This document shows, piece by piece, positions 45,040 through 54,952 of a stretch of 64,000 nucleotides of DNA (positions are counted from its first letter, which is position 1; each line of letters opens with the position of its first letter). Below the pieces are notes generated by a model. The model was not told the DNA's origin, did no database searches, and saw only the letters and a list, made by a program, of their open reading frames with translations. The stretch comes from Candidatus Saccharimonadales bacterium (GTDB lineage Bacteria > Patescibacteriota > Saccharimonadia > Saccharimonadales > EFPC-124): the NCBI GenBank assembly GCA_035457485.1, contig DATIBO010000006.1, forward strand, positions 94,134 to 158,133, read 5' to 3'. The translations under genes were made by a program, and so were the position numbers.

Positions 45040-46130
45040 TAGCTTTTAAGCGGCATTATAACGTGTTTATAGCCCGCGTCGGGGTTGTCTGCGGCGGTTA
45101 CTATGCAGGGCGCCAATTTTCCGCTAAAGCGAAACTCCACGGTCTTAGCGTCTACACACCCCAGCGCTTCGAGCAGATAGCGTGAGTTAAGTGTTACGCT
45201 ACCTTCGGCACTGACTTTTGCCTCAGCCTCACTCGTATTCTCACCTAGTTGTGAGGCGATCGAATGAATACTTAATTTATCAGATTCAGCTTTCAAGGTT
45301 ACACTGCCGCCAGATTCTCGCGCAAATAAGCTTGCGACTTTAGTAATTCGCGTGAACTCATCCTTGGGTAAGGTTACTTTACTCTCGCTTTCGCTTGGAA
45401 TAAGCGCGCGATAGTCGGGGAACGTACCGTCTATTAAACGTGAAGTTATCTCCACATCATCTAGTAAAATTCTTACCTGGTTTTCTCCGAACACGAACTT
45501 AACATCTGCGCCATCGTCACTCATAATTCTAATTACATCATTCATAGCTACAACTGGAATAATCGCGCTAATCTCTAGTGGAGAACTGATTAACTTTCGC
45601 TCAGCCAATCTGTAGCCATCTGTTGCTGCAAAATAAATACTTCCCTCAAAGCTGTGACAGTAAACACCAGTTAATACTGGGCGGGTGTCGTCGGCCGATG
45701 CTACAACCACTGTTTGCTGAATTGCACGTTTTAAATCCCCAGCCGGAACACTTAAAACGTTCTTTTCCTCAATTGTGGGTAATTCTGGAAATTCATCAGG
45801 AGTCATGCCGTTGATCGTAGATTTATAGGCGCCGCACTTAATGTGAAGTTTTGCACCGTCCGCCTCGAGTTCAACATTACCTTTAGGCAAGTTCATTACA
45901 AATTCAGTTGTGAGTTTTGCAGGAACTGTAACGCTGCCCTCGGTTTCAATTTTACTTCCTACACGTTGTGTTATGGCTAATTCCAGATTCGTCGCCGCAA
46001 GTAGTAGACGATTATTTTGAGTTCGAAGCAAAATATTGTTCAAAATAGGTAGGGGTGTTTTACCCGAAGCAACTCTGCCGACAGTTTGCAAAGCTTTGCT
46101 TAGGTTTTCTTGTGTGACTGTAAGCTTCAT
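45039..46130 (-). CDS. dnaN: DNA polymerase III beta sliding clamp
   Basis: LPIL, ATDGYRLAE, SRLIDGTFPDY and C-terminal IMPL; downstream of dnaA. Confidence 0.97.
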   Translation of the reverse strand: MKLTVTQENLSKALQTVGRVASGKTPLPILNNILLRTQNNRLLLAATNLELAITQRVGSKIETEGSVTVPAKLTTEFVMNLPKGNVELEADGAKLHIKCGAYKSTINGMTPDEFPELPTIEEKNVLSVPAGDLKRAIQQTVVVASADDTRPVLTGVYCHSFEGSIYFAATDGYRLAERKLISSPLEISAIIPVVAMNDVIRIMSDDGADVKFVFGENQVRILLDDVEITSRLIDGTFPDYRALIPSESESKVTLPKDEFTRITKVASLFARESGGSVTLKAESDKLSIHSIASQLGENTSEAEAKVSAEGSVTLNSRYLLEALGCVDAKTVEFRFSGKLAPCIVTAADNPDAGYKHVIMPLKS

Positions 46131-46387
46131 TCTTTCTTCTTTCTTATTATATTTATATATAAGTAGTAATAGTAGTAATAGGGCGTGTGCAAAGTGGGTA
46201 AAAACCCTGAACTTTATCTGTTAAAGTTCGCCCAAGGCTGTGTAAAAATTGTGTGCAAACGTGTGTAAGTTGTGTGTGAATTATGTGGGTGTTTATGTGT
46301 TTGGTGCTAGTAGGGTTGTGGTGGGTTGTGGAACTTGTGGATGAACACCCCACCAAGTTTCCATAGTTTTTGAACAGGTTTTGCACA
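46131..46387. other. oriC: oriC unwinding region (dnaA-dnaN intergenic)
   Basis: AT-rich run 46141-46162, six DnaA-trios TAG/TAA 46164-46181, GC spacer, and degenerate DnaA boxes at 46186, 46195, 46239, 46252, 46336 and 46379. Confidence 0.85.
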
Positions 46388-47758
46388 CTACGCATACAAT
46401 TTGTCCCTAATCTCGGTGATTTGTTGCCGAATTACATAATCAAGCTTTGAAGCTTTTTGGATTTTTTCGACCGAATGAATCGCAGTAGTGTGATCTTTGC
46501 GACCTAGTTCCGATGCGATTTTAGGGAAACTCAAGTGCAGCTCACTGCGTAAAAGATACATGGCGATCTGCCGTGGCACAACAATGTGTTTGTCACGTTT
46601 AGGGCTAGTTATGTCCGCAGATTCGATCTGGAAGTGCTTTGCAGTTTTTTCTATGATTTGCCTGGCGGTTACGTGGTGTGGGCGAGTCGTGCGCGCGCTG
46701 CTAAATAAAGCTTTGGCAGTATCTACATTCGGCTCTAAGCGTTGAAGCTCGCAGTGTGCGATCAGCTGGTTTAGGGCGCCCTCCAGCTCGCGGACGTTGT
46801 TTTGAATGTTGGCGGCCAAATACTCCACGGTATCGCGGGGTAGACTAACATTACTTTGGCTAGCTTTGGTTTGTAAAATTGCGCAACGTGTTTCGAAATC
46901 CGGCGATTGGATGTCGATCGCCATACCCCATTCAAAGCGCGAGCGTAAGCGATCTTCTAATGTAGGGATTGCTTTAGGCGGCTTGTCGGAACTGATGATA
47001 ATCTGTTTGTTTGCCTGGTGCAATGCGTTAAAGGTGTGAAAAAACTCTTCCTGTGTACGCTCTTTGCCGGCTATAAACTGAATATCGTCGATTATCAATA
47101 GGTCAACATTGCGATATCGGTTAGAGAAACCCTTCTTTTTGAACCTAATGCTGTCCAAAAATTCATTAACGAAAGTCTCACTCGAAATGTAAAGTACGCG
47201 TGTACCAGGGTTTTTGCGGCAGATTTCATTGCCAACAGCTTGTATTAAGTGGGTTTTGCCTAGTCCCACACCCCCGTATAAAAATAGAGGGTTGTATTTT
47301 GTGCCTGGAGTGGCCGCTACCGCTTGACAAGCAGTGTAGGCGAGTTCGTTGCTTGATCCAACGATAAAATTTTCAAAGTTGTATTTAGGGTTAAGACCCG
47401 AACTCCCGTTTTGGCTACTAGTAAAAGTGGTGGACTCTGCGCGAGTTTCGGCTACAACTGGAGCCTGCATGAGTAGTGGTTTCTCGGTTTGAGCTACGGC
47501 TTTTTTCCGTTTTGTCTCAGAGATTATGGTGTAGCTAACTTTATTTACTTCGACTCCATTTTTTTGCAAAACGTCCAAAATTAGGCTGTTAAATCTAGCC
47601 TCCATTTGTTCTTTTGCAAAGATGTTCACAACCCCAATGACAATCTCGCCACCCTCGTTAGAAAGCATCTCTGATGTTTTGAACCAAGTAATAAAGTTGG
47701 CGCGCGACACGCTTAACTCAATTTCACCTAAAACGGTTTGCCACAGTGCGTTTTTCAT
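46388..47758 (-). CDS. dnaA: Chromosomal replication initiator DnaA
   Basis: YNPLFLYGGVGLGKTHL, QEEFFHTFN, RLRSRF, NVRELEG and RKDHTT motifs. Confidence 0.99.
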   Translation of the reverse strand: MKNALWQTVLGEIELSVSRANFITWFKTSEMLSNEGGEIVIGVVNIFAKEQMEARFNSLILDVLQKNGVEVNKVSYTIISETKRKKAVAQTEKPLLMQAPVVAETRAESTTFTSSQNGSSGLNPKYNFENFIVGSSNELAYTACQAVAATPGTKYNPLFLYGGVGLGKTHLIQAVGNEICRKNPGTRVLYISSETFVNEFLDSIRFKKKGFSNRYRNVDLLIIDDIQFIAGKERTQEEFFHTFNALHQANKQIIISSDKPPKAIPTLEDRLRSRFEWGMAIDIQSPDFETRCAILQTKASQSNVSLPRDTVEYLAANIQNNVRELEGALNQLIAHCELQRLEPNVDTAKALFSSARTTRPHHVTARQIIEKTAKHFQIESADITSPKRDKHIVVPRQIAMYLLRSELHLSFPKIASELGRKDHTTAIHSVEKIQKASKLDYVIRQQITEIRDKLYA

Positions 47759-47991
47759 TCCCCTCCACTTTGTTTTAAAGCGTTATTAAAACTATAACCC
47801 CATAAGCCTGTTTTCCACAACCATAAGCAATGAAAGTTTGCACGGTGTCAAGATTGGCGAGTTATGCACAGGCGAGCGTCACATCTGTGAATATGTGGAT
47901 AACCTATTGATAATTGTGGAAAAATCTGGCAATATTGTGGGTAGTATTTGTAAAAGTTTGTTTACCCAAGCACAGAAAAGGATATTAAAAC
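47759..47991. promoter_or_regulatory. DnaA-box cluster upstream of dnaA (second oriC part / autoregulatory)
   Basis: TTTTCCACA 47811, TTATGCACA 47862, perfect TGTGGATAA 47894, TGTGGAAAA 47915. Confidence 0.85.
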
Positions 47992-48138
47992 ATGCCAAAA
48001 CGAACTCACCAGCCAAAAAAAGCTCGTCGCGTTAAAGTTCACGGTTTTCGCGCTCGCATGGCTACTAAAGACGGCCAAGCCGTTCTTAAGCGTCGTCGCA
48101 TTAAAGGTCGCGCAAAAATCGCCGTTTCTAACAAGTAA
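47992..48138 (+). CDS. rpmH: 50S ribosomal protein L34
   Basis: Hand translation [48 protein letters not shown]; too short for the ORF track. Confidence 0.97.
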   Translation: MPKRTHQPKKARRVKVHGFRARMATKDGQAVLKRRRIKGRAKIAVSNK

Positions 48139-48154
48139 TTGTTAAACTAAATAT

Positions 48155-48505
48155 ATGCTAGCAAGCAAGTACAGGTTCCATGGTTATGGATCGCTGAAAT
48201 TTTTGTTTAGTCATGGTAAAACTTACAGATCAAAAAGTCTGTCTGTTCGTGTTACGCTAAATACTCGTCGCCAAAATAGTCGAGTAGCTGTAGTTATCAG
48301 TAAAAAAGTCATCAAGGCTTCGCCAAAACGCAACCGAGTACGCAGGCGAGTTTACGAAGTTTTGCGAACCGAGTGGCAACATATTAAACCTGCGCACGAT
48401 ATTTTGATTAGCGTTTATGACCCAGCTTTTTTTGACGCGGATCACAGCGTAATTGCTGCCGAGATCAAAAGGGTCTTAATTACCGCCCAAGTTTGGGTGG
48501 ACTAA
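48155..48505 (+). CDS. rnpA: Ribonuclease P protein component
   Basis: SRVAVVISKK and KRNRVRRR (RNR motif); synteny with rpmH. Confidence 0.93.
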   Translation: MLASKYRFHGYGSLKFLFSHGKTYRSKSLSVRVTLNTRRQNSRVAVVISKKVIKASPKRNRVRRRVYEVLRTEWQHIKPAHDILISVYDPAFFDADHSVIAAEIKRVLITAQVWVD

Positions 48506-48565
48506 ACTAGTTATCATTTTGTAAAACTAGTAATCCATTTGTTATCTGATATTATAGATTTCAGT

Positions 48566-49474
48566 ATGAGTATATTCGACATAATTTTAGTTCAACCAAT
48601 TTTTAACATCCTAGTGTTTATTTACGGGGTTTTGCCAGGTCACGATTTTGGTGTAAGCCTTATTATTTTCACGATTTTAGTTCGCTTGTTAATGTGGCCA
48701 CTTGTCAAAAAGCAGCTTAATCAGACAAAGGTTATGCGTGCATTGCAGCCAGAGCTTGCAAAAATTAAGGCAAAAACCAAGGGAAACAAGCAACTAGAAA
48801 ACCAACTTATGTTGGAACTGTACAAGGAAAAGGGCGTCAATCCATTTGGATCAATCGGCCTGTTGCTTGTTCAGCTGCCCATCTTTATTTCCTTATTTGC
48901 AGTTGTTCGTTTAATCACAGAAAACCCTGATAACATCGATAAGTATACTTACCATATTCTTGATCAGTTACCAGCCGTACAGTCTGCAATTTCTGACGGT
49001 TTTCAAGCGTCGTTGCTTGGATTGATAGATCTAACTAAGCACGCAATTGAGCCAGGAAGCGGTGTAATTTACTGGCCTCTGCTAATTATGGCAATTATTG
49101 CGGCAATACTGCAGTATTTCCAATCAAAACAGCTTTTACCGGCTCCTAAAGAAAAGAAAAAACTTCGCGATTTACTAAAAGAACAAGCTGCTGGCAAGCA
49201 AGTTGATCAAGCAGAGATGAGCGCGCTTGTGACTAACAAGATGTCGTGGTTGTTCCCAGTCTTAACTTTTATGGTTGCAATTTACTTGGCTGGAGCCCTA
49301 GTTCTTTATCTGATGATTACCAGCCTTGTTGCCGTGCTACAGCAGTACCTTGTTCTTAAGAAAGACGAAACAGAACTAGATAAGATTAGCAATAAAACTA
49401 AAGCACGTGCCGAAAACGCTCAAACGGCCGAGATTGTGGAAGGGAAGAAAAGCAAAAAGAAAAGGAGAAAGTAA
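48566..49474 (+). CDS. yidC: Membrane protein insertase YidC
   Basis: FTILVR, LQPEL, ELYKEKGVNP and LVQLPIF motifs; synteny. Confidence 0.93.
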   Translation: MSIFDIILVQPIFNILVFIYGVLPGHDFGVSLIIFTILVRLLMWPLVKKQLNQTKVMRALQPELAKIKAKTKGNKQLENQLMLELYKEKGVNPFGSIGLLLVQLPIFISLFAVVRLITENPDNIDKYTYHILDQLPAVQSAISDGFQASLLGLIDLTKHAIEPGSGVIYWPLLIMAIIAAILQYFQSKQLLPAPKEKKKLRDLLKEQAAGKQVDQAEMSALVTNKMSWLFPVLTFMVAIYLAGALVLYLMITSLVAVLQQYLVLKKDETELDKISNKTKARAENAQTAEIVEGKKSKKKRRK

Positions 49475-49932
49475 TGGACGCTAATGCTTCAGTTGAATTT
49501 GCAAAGAAATATCTAGAAGATTTACTTTCGTTTTTTGGGCTAAACACGGTTGTATCTGTTCATCTTGAGGAAGATGTGATTGAGCTTAGCGTTCCATCGA
49601 CGCACCTTAACGGTTTTTTAATTGGACAGCGCGGAGAGACTTTGCGCAGTTTACAATTTTTGCTTTCACAAAGCCTAAAAAATGAAAATGCTGAGCTGAA
49701 CCGCGTGAATATTGATGTTGCCAACTACAAGAAACATCGAGCTGAGCGCGTGGCTGACCAGGTTAAGGATTGGTGTAGGCAAGTCATGGATAGTGGAGAA
49801 GATATGCATTTGCGCCCTATGAGCCCAGCGGATCGTCGGACTGCCCATCGAGTAGTTGCAGAGTTCTCAAATCTTCAGAGCGAATCCCAAGGGGAGGGGA
49901 GAGACCGTCATTTAGTAATTAGCCTTGCTTAA
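49474..49932 (+). CDS. jag: Jag/KhpB RNA-binding protein (KH + R3H, short form)
   Basis: LIGQRGETLRSLQ, PMSPADRRTAH and SQGEGRDRH motifs. Confidence 0.9.
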   Translation: MDANASVEFAKKYLEDLLSFFGLNTVVSVHLEEDVIELSVPSTHLNGFLIGQRGETLRSLQFLLSQSLKNENAELNRVNIDVANYKKHRAERVADQVKDWCRQVMDSGEDMHLRPMSPADRRTAHRVVAEFSNLQSESQGEGRDRHLVISLA

Positions 49933-50004
49933 AAAATATATTTTAGAATTTTTTTACAAAAAAGCAAATTATATACGAAACAAGTAAGGGTAGTGGGGCG
50001 TGAA

Positions 50005-50047
50005 AATAAAAGTGCGTCTGAACCAAATTCTCAGACGCACTTTTATT
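50005..50047. terminator. Long bidirectional terminator hairpin
   Basis: AATAAAAGTGCGTCTGA-N9-TCAGACGCACTTTTATT, a 17-bp perfect stem. Confidence 0.8.
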
Positions 50048-50143
50048 GTGGAAAACTATGTGTTGTAAAAATATACATCAGACTTGTTGTAGCTCCCTAC
50101 TGCCACTTCTCTATTTTGGGCTAACAGATTGACATCTGTTAAT

Positions 50144-51235
50144 TTATTTTTCAAGGACTTTATTATAAACCTGCAGAGTTTCGGTTGCCATTTTTTTCCA
50201 GGAATATTTTTTTTGCTGCAGTATACCCTTTTTACTTAGCGTGTCTCGAAGTTTTTTATTCGTCAGAATATCATTAACGGCCCGAGCAATATCATCTGTA
50301 CTATGTGGGTTAAAGTAATGAGCCGCATCTTGGTAAACCTCAGGCAAACAGCTGGCGCTACTACTAGCCACTGGCGCTCCGTATGCCATAGCATCTAGAG
50401 CTGGTAACCCGAAGCCTTCCATAAAGGACGCAAAAACGTAAGCCCTGCAATTGCTATATAGCCAGGCGGCAGCCGAGTCACTTACGAAACCTAAAAAATG
50501 CACGTTTTTGTACTGGTTTTGTTCAACCCAGTCTTTGTCTGCTTGACGCAGCTCGTCTATCTTGCCGGCAATAGCCAAATGTAAATCGGGGTGTTCTTGC
50601 AGAAGTTTTTGATGAGCTTTAATTAAACGGCGATTATTCTTGTACGGCTCCGCTCTGCCCAAGTACATTATAAACTTTTTCCCTTTAAGTTCTTGAACCT
50701 CTTGCTGTTCGGAAATAACTTCTAAAGAGCCTTCATATGTTACCGTTACCTTGTCTGGGTTTATATGACTAAAATTTACAAGGTCATTCTTGGTGAATTT
50801 GGTCGGAGTAAGTATCTGTTTGGAGCGTTTGGCAACTGCCAATAAAAGTCCACGAAATATAAGCTTTTTAGTGGCTAGTTCGACCGGATTCATATCGTTT
50901 TTGGTAATGCGTAACAAGTTTAAATCATGAACTGTAGTGACAGCAGGACGGGTGAACAAAAGCGGCTGTTGTGGCATACAGAAATGGACAAGATCGGGTT
51001 TTAATTTTTGCAACAGTTTCGCAAAACCTATTTGCTCACCAAAACTGTAGTCCTCAAAATCAGCGATTACGATTTTAAAATTTTTGGTCTTTGGTTTGTA
51101 GTAGTCCTTGTCTCTTTCGCGAACCAAGATCAAGAATTCGTGATGAGGCTTTAAGTCTTCGAGATAATTTATAAGCCGCTCAACGTATCGACCGGTGGTT
51201 GAATTTATAATTCGTGCGTCAATGGCAATTTTCAC
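50144..51235 (-). CDS. Glycosyltransferase family 4
   Basis: KIAIDAR, TVHDL and EGFGLPALDAM motifs. Confidence 0.9.
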   Translation of the reverse strand: MKIAIDARIINSTTGRYVERLINYLEDLKPHHEFLILVRERDKDYYKPKTKNFKIVIADFEDYSFGEQIGFAKLLQKLKPDLVHFCMPQQPLLFTRPAVTTVHDLNLLRITKNDMNPVELATKKLIFRGLLLAVAKRSKQILTPTKFTKNDLVNFSHINPDKVTVTYEGSLEVISEQQEVQELKGKKFIMYLGRAEPYKNNRRLIKAHQKLLQEHPDLHLAIAGKIDELRQADKDWVEQNQYKNVHFLGFVSDSAAAWLYSNCRAYVFASFMEGFGLPALDAMAYGAPVASSSASCLPEVYQDAAHYFNPHSTDDIARAVNDILTNKKLRDTLSKKGILQQKKYSWKKMATETLQVYNKVLEK

Positions 51236-51258
51236 TTTTTATAGTATACAATTAATCC

Positions 51259-52413
51259 ATGAGCAAGACAAAAATCTTTATAGAGGCGGTTCCTCTTGTT
51301 GATAAGCAAATGAGCGGAGTTCCCCACGCGCTTGCCGGTATTGTTGCCGCGATGGCTGCTAACAAAGAAATCATGAAAAATTATGAACTGATTTTAGTTG
51401 CGCCAAAAAATCGTCTTCACCTTTTGGATCGCTGGCCTGGTCTGCAGAATTGCTCTCGCAAAGCTATACCTATGAAGTTTCGAATAATGAACGGTTTAGG
51501 TAGACGCGGCTTGTTGCCACCGATGGATTTACTACTTGGTAGAGGTATTTATTTTTTTGGTAACTTTTTCAACTGGCCACTTACAAAATCTTCAAAATCT
51601 TTTACTTATATCCATGATATTTGTTTTGCGACCCACCCCGAGCTTGTTCAACCTGATAATCAAAAAATGCTAGCAAAAAATGTCCCCCGCTATATTCGCC
51701 AAACCGATTATGTCATCGCGGTATCCGAGACTTCACGTCGCGAAATAATTAGTGAATTTAATGTTCCAGAAAGCAAAGTAAAGGTTGTTTATAACGCAGC
51801 TGATACCAGTGCTTATTCTAAGACCTATTCTGTCGAAGAGGTTAAGCAAACCCAGCAAAAGTACGGCGTTTTTGGGGACAAGTATTTTCTATTTATTAGT
51901 AATATCGAGCCTCGCAAAAATATCGAGAGATTAATTGGGGCGATTGAAAAGCTACCTAAAGATGTTGGCTTATTTTTGGTCGGCGGCGATGGCTGGCTCA
52001 ACGAAAAAGTCTTTAAAATGATTGATGAGCAAAATAAAAAAGGTCGCAAGGTGATAAAGCCTAAAACGTATGTAGATGATGAGGATGCCGCAAAACTATT
52101 GCAGGGCTCGCTTGGATTAACCATGCCGTCAATTTACGAAGGCTTCGGAATGCCTGCGCTAGAGTCTTTAACTATGGGCAAGCCAACTGTGGTCAGTAAT
52201 ATCCCACAATTTAAAGAGGTCGCGGGGGAAGTCGGATTTTACTGCGATTACAAAAATATTGATTCAATTGCGACAGCGTTGCAAAAAGTTTTAGATATGA
52301 ACGATACAGAACGCACAAATTACTCACAAAAAGCAAAAAAACAAGCCAGTAAATTTTCTTGGGACAAAAGTGCAGCAGTGCTCGCTTCCCTATTTAATCA
52401 AGTTAAATTGTAA
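51259..52413 (+). CDS. Glycosyltransferase family 4
   Basis: YIHDI, EPRKN and YEGFGMPALE motifs. Confidence 0.9.
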   Translation: MSKTKIFIEAVPLVDKQMSGVPHALAGIVAAMAANKEIMKNYELILVAPKNRLHLLDRWPGLQNCSRKAIPMKFRIMNGLGRRGLLPPMDLLLGRGIYFFGNFFNWPLTKSSKSFTYIHDICFATHPELVQPDNQKMLAKNVPRYIRQTDYVIAVSETSRREIISEFNVPESKVKVVYNAADTSAYSKTYSVEEVKQTQQKYGVFGDKYFLFISNIEPRKNIERLIGAIEKLPKDVGLFLVGGDGWLNEKVFKMIDEQNKKGRKVIKPKTYVDDEDAAKLLQGSLGLTMPSIYEGFGMPALESLTMGKPTVVSNIPQFKEVAGEVGFYCDYKNIDSIATALQKVLDMNDTERTNYSQKAKKQASKFSWDKSAAVLASLFNQVKL

Positions 52414-52487
52414 ATAAAGTGCCGCCAAAATATATTCGCTTGTAATAATTTCCAATAACCTTAACTCGGGGTATAATATAATCTGAC

Positions 52488-53297
52488 GTGAATAAGATTT
52501 TACAAAAATACCGCTATTCAGCAATTTTGCTGCGCCAACTTGTAATAACAGATTTCAAACTGCGATACCAAGGCTCTTTTTTGGGGTATTTGTGGTCGCT
52601 CCTTAGACCGTTGGCAATTTTCTTAATTTTGTATGTGGTGTTTGTCAGATTCTTAAAAGTTGGCGCAGATGTACCACATTTTCCGGTTTACTTGCTTTTG
52701 GGGATTGTAATTTGGAACTACTTTGCCGAAGTGACCAACAATGGCGTTAAGGCTGTGGTCGATCGCGGCGATGTATTGCGCAAAATTAATTTTCCCAAAT
52801 ATGTAGTTGTTTTATCTGGATCGCTCTCGGCGCTAATTAACTTGGCGATCAACCTGATTGTGGTTGGTGTTTTTATGGCGCTTAACGGAGCCGACACACA
52901 GGTAGGCTTGTTGATTTTTGTGCCCTTGTTAATCGGTGAGCTGTTCATATTCGCCTTATCGGCAGCATTTTTATTAAGCTCGATGTTTGTGCGATTCCGC
53001 GATGTTAATTATATTTGGGAAGTAATAATGCAAGGTGCATTTTACGCTACACCGATTCTGTATCCCCTTACACCTTATGTTCCTGCTACGTTGCAATCAA
53101 TTGTTTTGATGAACCCGATTGCGCAAATTATTCAGGATTTGCGATTTATATTAATTACAGATCAAACCCAAACAATTGCAGCTGTTTGCGGTAGTGAGTG
53201 GGCACGTTTGATTCCACTTGCAATCGTGGCGACTGTGGCCCTGGTCTCGGCCGCATACTTTAAAAAACGCTCGCCATATTTTGCGGAGGATATTTAA
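52488..53297 (+). CDS. wzm: Polysaccharide ABC exporter permease Wzm
   Basis: DFKLRYQGSFLGYLWSLL, FYATPILYP and NP motifs. Confidence 0.92.
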   Translation: MNKILQKYRYSAILLRQLVITDFKLRYQGSFLGYLWSLLRPLAIFLILYVVFVRFLKVGADVPHFPVYLLLGIVIWNYFAEVTNNGVKAVVDRGDVLRKINFPKYVVVLSGSLSALINLAINLIVVGVFMALNGADTQVGLLIFVPLLIGELFIFALSAAFLLSSMFVRFRDVNYIWEVIMQGAFYATPILYPLTPYVPATLQSIVLMNPIAQIIQDLRFILITDQTQTIAAVCGSEWARLIPLAIVATVALVSAAYFKKRSPYFAEDI

Positions 53298-54502
53298 TGA
53301 ATGATGATCTAGCCATTGAAGTAAAAAGTGTCTATAAAAACTTTTTACTGCCTCACGAAAAGCATAAATCCATAAAATCGACGTTTACTAGTTTGTTTAG
53401 AAGCAGGCTAAACAGCAAAAAAGAGATCCAGCACGCACTTCGCGACATTAGCTTTGATGTAAAAAAGGGCGAATTTTTTGGAATTGTTGGTCGCAACGGC
53501 AGCGGTAAAAGCACAATGCTTAAAATGCTGGCCGGAATTTACCAACCAACCAAGGGCCAGGTTAGCGTGCGCGGCAAACTGGTGCCATTTATTGAGCTCG
53601 GAGTTGGTTTTAACCCAGAACTCACTGGTCGCGAGAATGTTTATTTAAATGGGGCTCTTCTTGGATTCTCTAAGTCTGAAATTGATCAGAGATATGATCG
53701 CATTGTTGATTTCGCTGAGCTCGAGAAGTTCATGGACCAAAAGCTTAAAAACTACTCGTCCGGTATGCAAGTCCGATTGGCCTTTTCGGTTGCAATTATT
53801 GCTGACGCTGATATTTTGCTGGTTGACGAAGTGTTGGCTGTGGGTGACGCGTCTTTTCAGCGTAAATGTTTTGAATATTTTCATTTACTTAAAAAGAACA
53901 AAAAAACTGTTATTTTTGTTACGCACGATATGGGTGCTGTACGCGAATATTGCGACCGTGCGATCTTGATTGACCAAAGCAAATTAGTTAAAAAGGGTAA
54001 ACCAAGCGACATTGCTGAATCTTATACTCGCCTGTTCAACGAAGAGGCCGAGGCTGCAATTAGCGAGGACAAGTCTGCGACTCGCTGGGGCAATAAAAAA
54101 GCAATTGTAGATTGGGTAAAAGTTGCCGACAAAAAATTAACTCCCGAGCAAAAGACAATTATAGTAGAGATGCAAGTTACGGCTAACCAAGATATAGAAA
54201 ACCCCGTGGTCGGTTTTTCGATCAAAGACAGCGCTGATAACCGTTTGTTTGGAACCAACACCTTTATTAAGGGTAAAAAACTCGGGCTTCTTAAGCAGGG
54301 TGAATCGTTTAAAATCACTTGGCAAGCTCCAAATATTTTAGCTGACGGCAGGCACTATGTTGATGCCACAATCGAGGAAGCTGATAAAATTACAGTTTGT
54401 GATTGGTGGGTTGAGGCGGCTCAGTTTAACAGCTTCAATCCCGAGAAAACGGCCTATCATATTACCCCGTCAATTTCTGTAAAAATTACCGGAGACAAGT
54501 AA
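53297..54502 (+). CDS. wzt: Polysaccharide ABC exporter ATPase Wzt with C-terminal carbohydrate-binding domain
   Basis: GRNGSGKST, YSSGMQVRLAF, DEVLAVGD and a ~150-aa C-terminal beta domain. Confidence 0.92.
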   Translation: MNDDLAIEVKSVYKNFLLPHEKHKSIKSTFTSLFRSRLNSKKEIQHALRDISFDVKKGEFFGIVGRNGSGKSTMLKMLAGIYQPTKGQVSVRGKLVPFIELGVGFNPELTGRENVYLNGALLGFSKSEIDQRYDRIVDFAELEKFMDQKLKNYSSGMQVRLAFSVAIIADADILLVDEVLAVGDASFQRKCFEYFHLLKKNKKTVIFVTHDMGAVREYCDRAILIDQSKLVKKGKPSDIAESYTRLFNEEAEAAISEDKSATRWGNKKAIVDWVKVADKKLTPEQKTIIVEMQVTANQDIENPVVGFSIKDSADNRLFGTNTFIKGKKLGLLKQGESFKITWQAPNILADGRHYVDATIEEADKITVCDWWVEAAQFNSFNPEKTAYHITPSISVKITGDK

Positions 54503-54951
54503 TGTCAGAAGATGAAAAGATTAAACGTTTAGAGTCGAGAAATTTAAAATTAGAATTTGAAATCTCTAGGCTTAACCGCGACAATGCAAGACTGCATGCA
54601 GAGATTGGATTTTTGCGGGGTCGCGGCGTTAAGCTTTTAATGCACGAGATTATCCACAAAGTTGACAGCAAAATAACCAACAACCTAAAAAAACTTAATA
54701 AGCCGAGCGTTGGTCTTGTTGCAGACGACGAGCTGAACTTAGTTGAAAAGTCACATTCAAGAGCCGATTTGCTTAAAATTGCCCAAAGTGTAGATCTAAA
54801 AGCGTACTACGTAATTCCAAAAGCAAACTTAGCTTATCGGATTCCAATGATCGCCTACAAAACTGCTTTTAATAGTTTCTTACTTGGTGGTAGGGTTTTG
54901 TGGCGAGGTTGGTCAAAGGCTAAAAAATCAGTTAAAAAAGTGGTGAAGTAA
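54502..54951 (+). CDS. Hypothetical coiled-coil protein in the glycan operon
   Basis: N-terminal heptads, basic amphipathic C-terminus; TAATG overlap with wzt. Confidence 0.7.
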   Translation: MSEDEKIKRLESRNLKLEFEISRLNRDNARLHAEIGFLRGRGVKLLMHEIIHKVDSKITNNLKKLNKPSVGLVADDELNLVEKSHSRADLLKIAQSVDLKAYYVIPKANLAYRIPMIAYKTAFNSFLLGGRVLWRGWSKAKKSVKKVVK

Positions 54952-54952
54952 T

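Noticed and set aside
46153-46395. 80-aa ORF between dnaA and dnaN
   Set aside because: Its His/Thr-rich translation comes from repeated DnaA boxes and trios in oriC.
47838-48035. 65-aa ORF upstream of rnpA
   Set aside because: It spans DnaA boxes and overlaps rpmH out of frame.
50047-50055. Isolated DnaA-box-like TGTGGAAAA after jag
   Set aside because: A single site is not enough to call a regulatory cluster.
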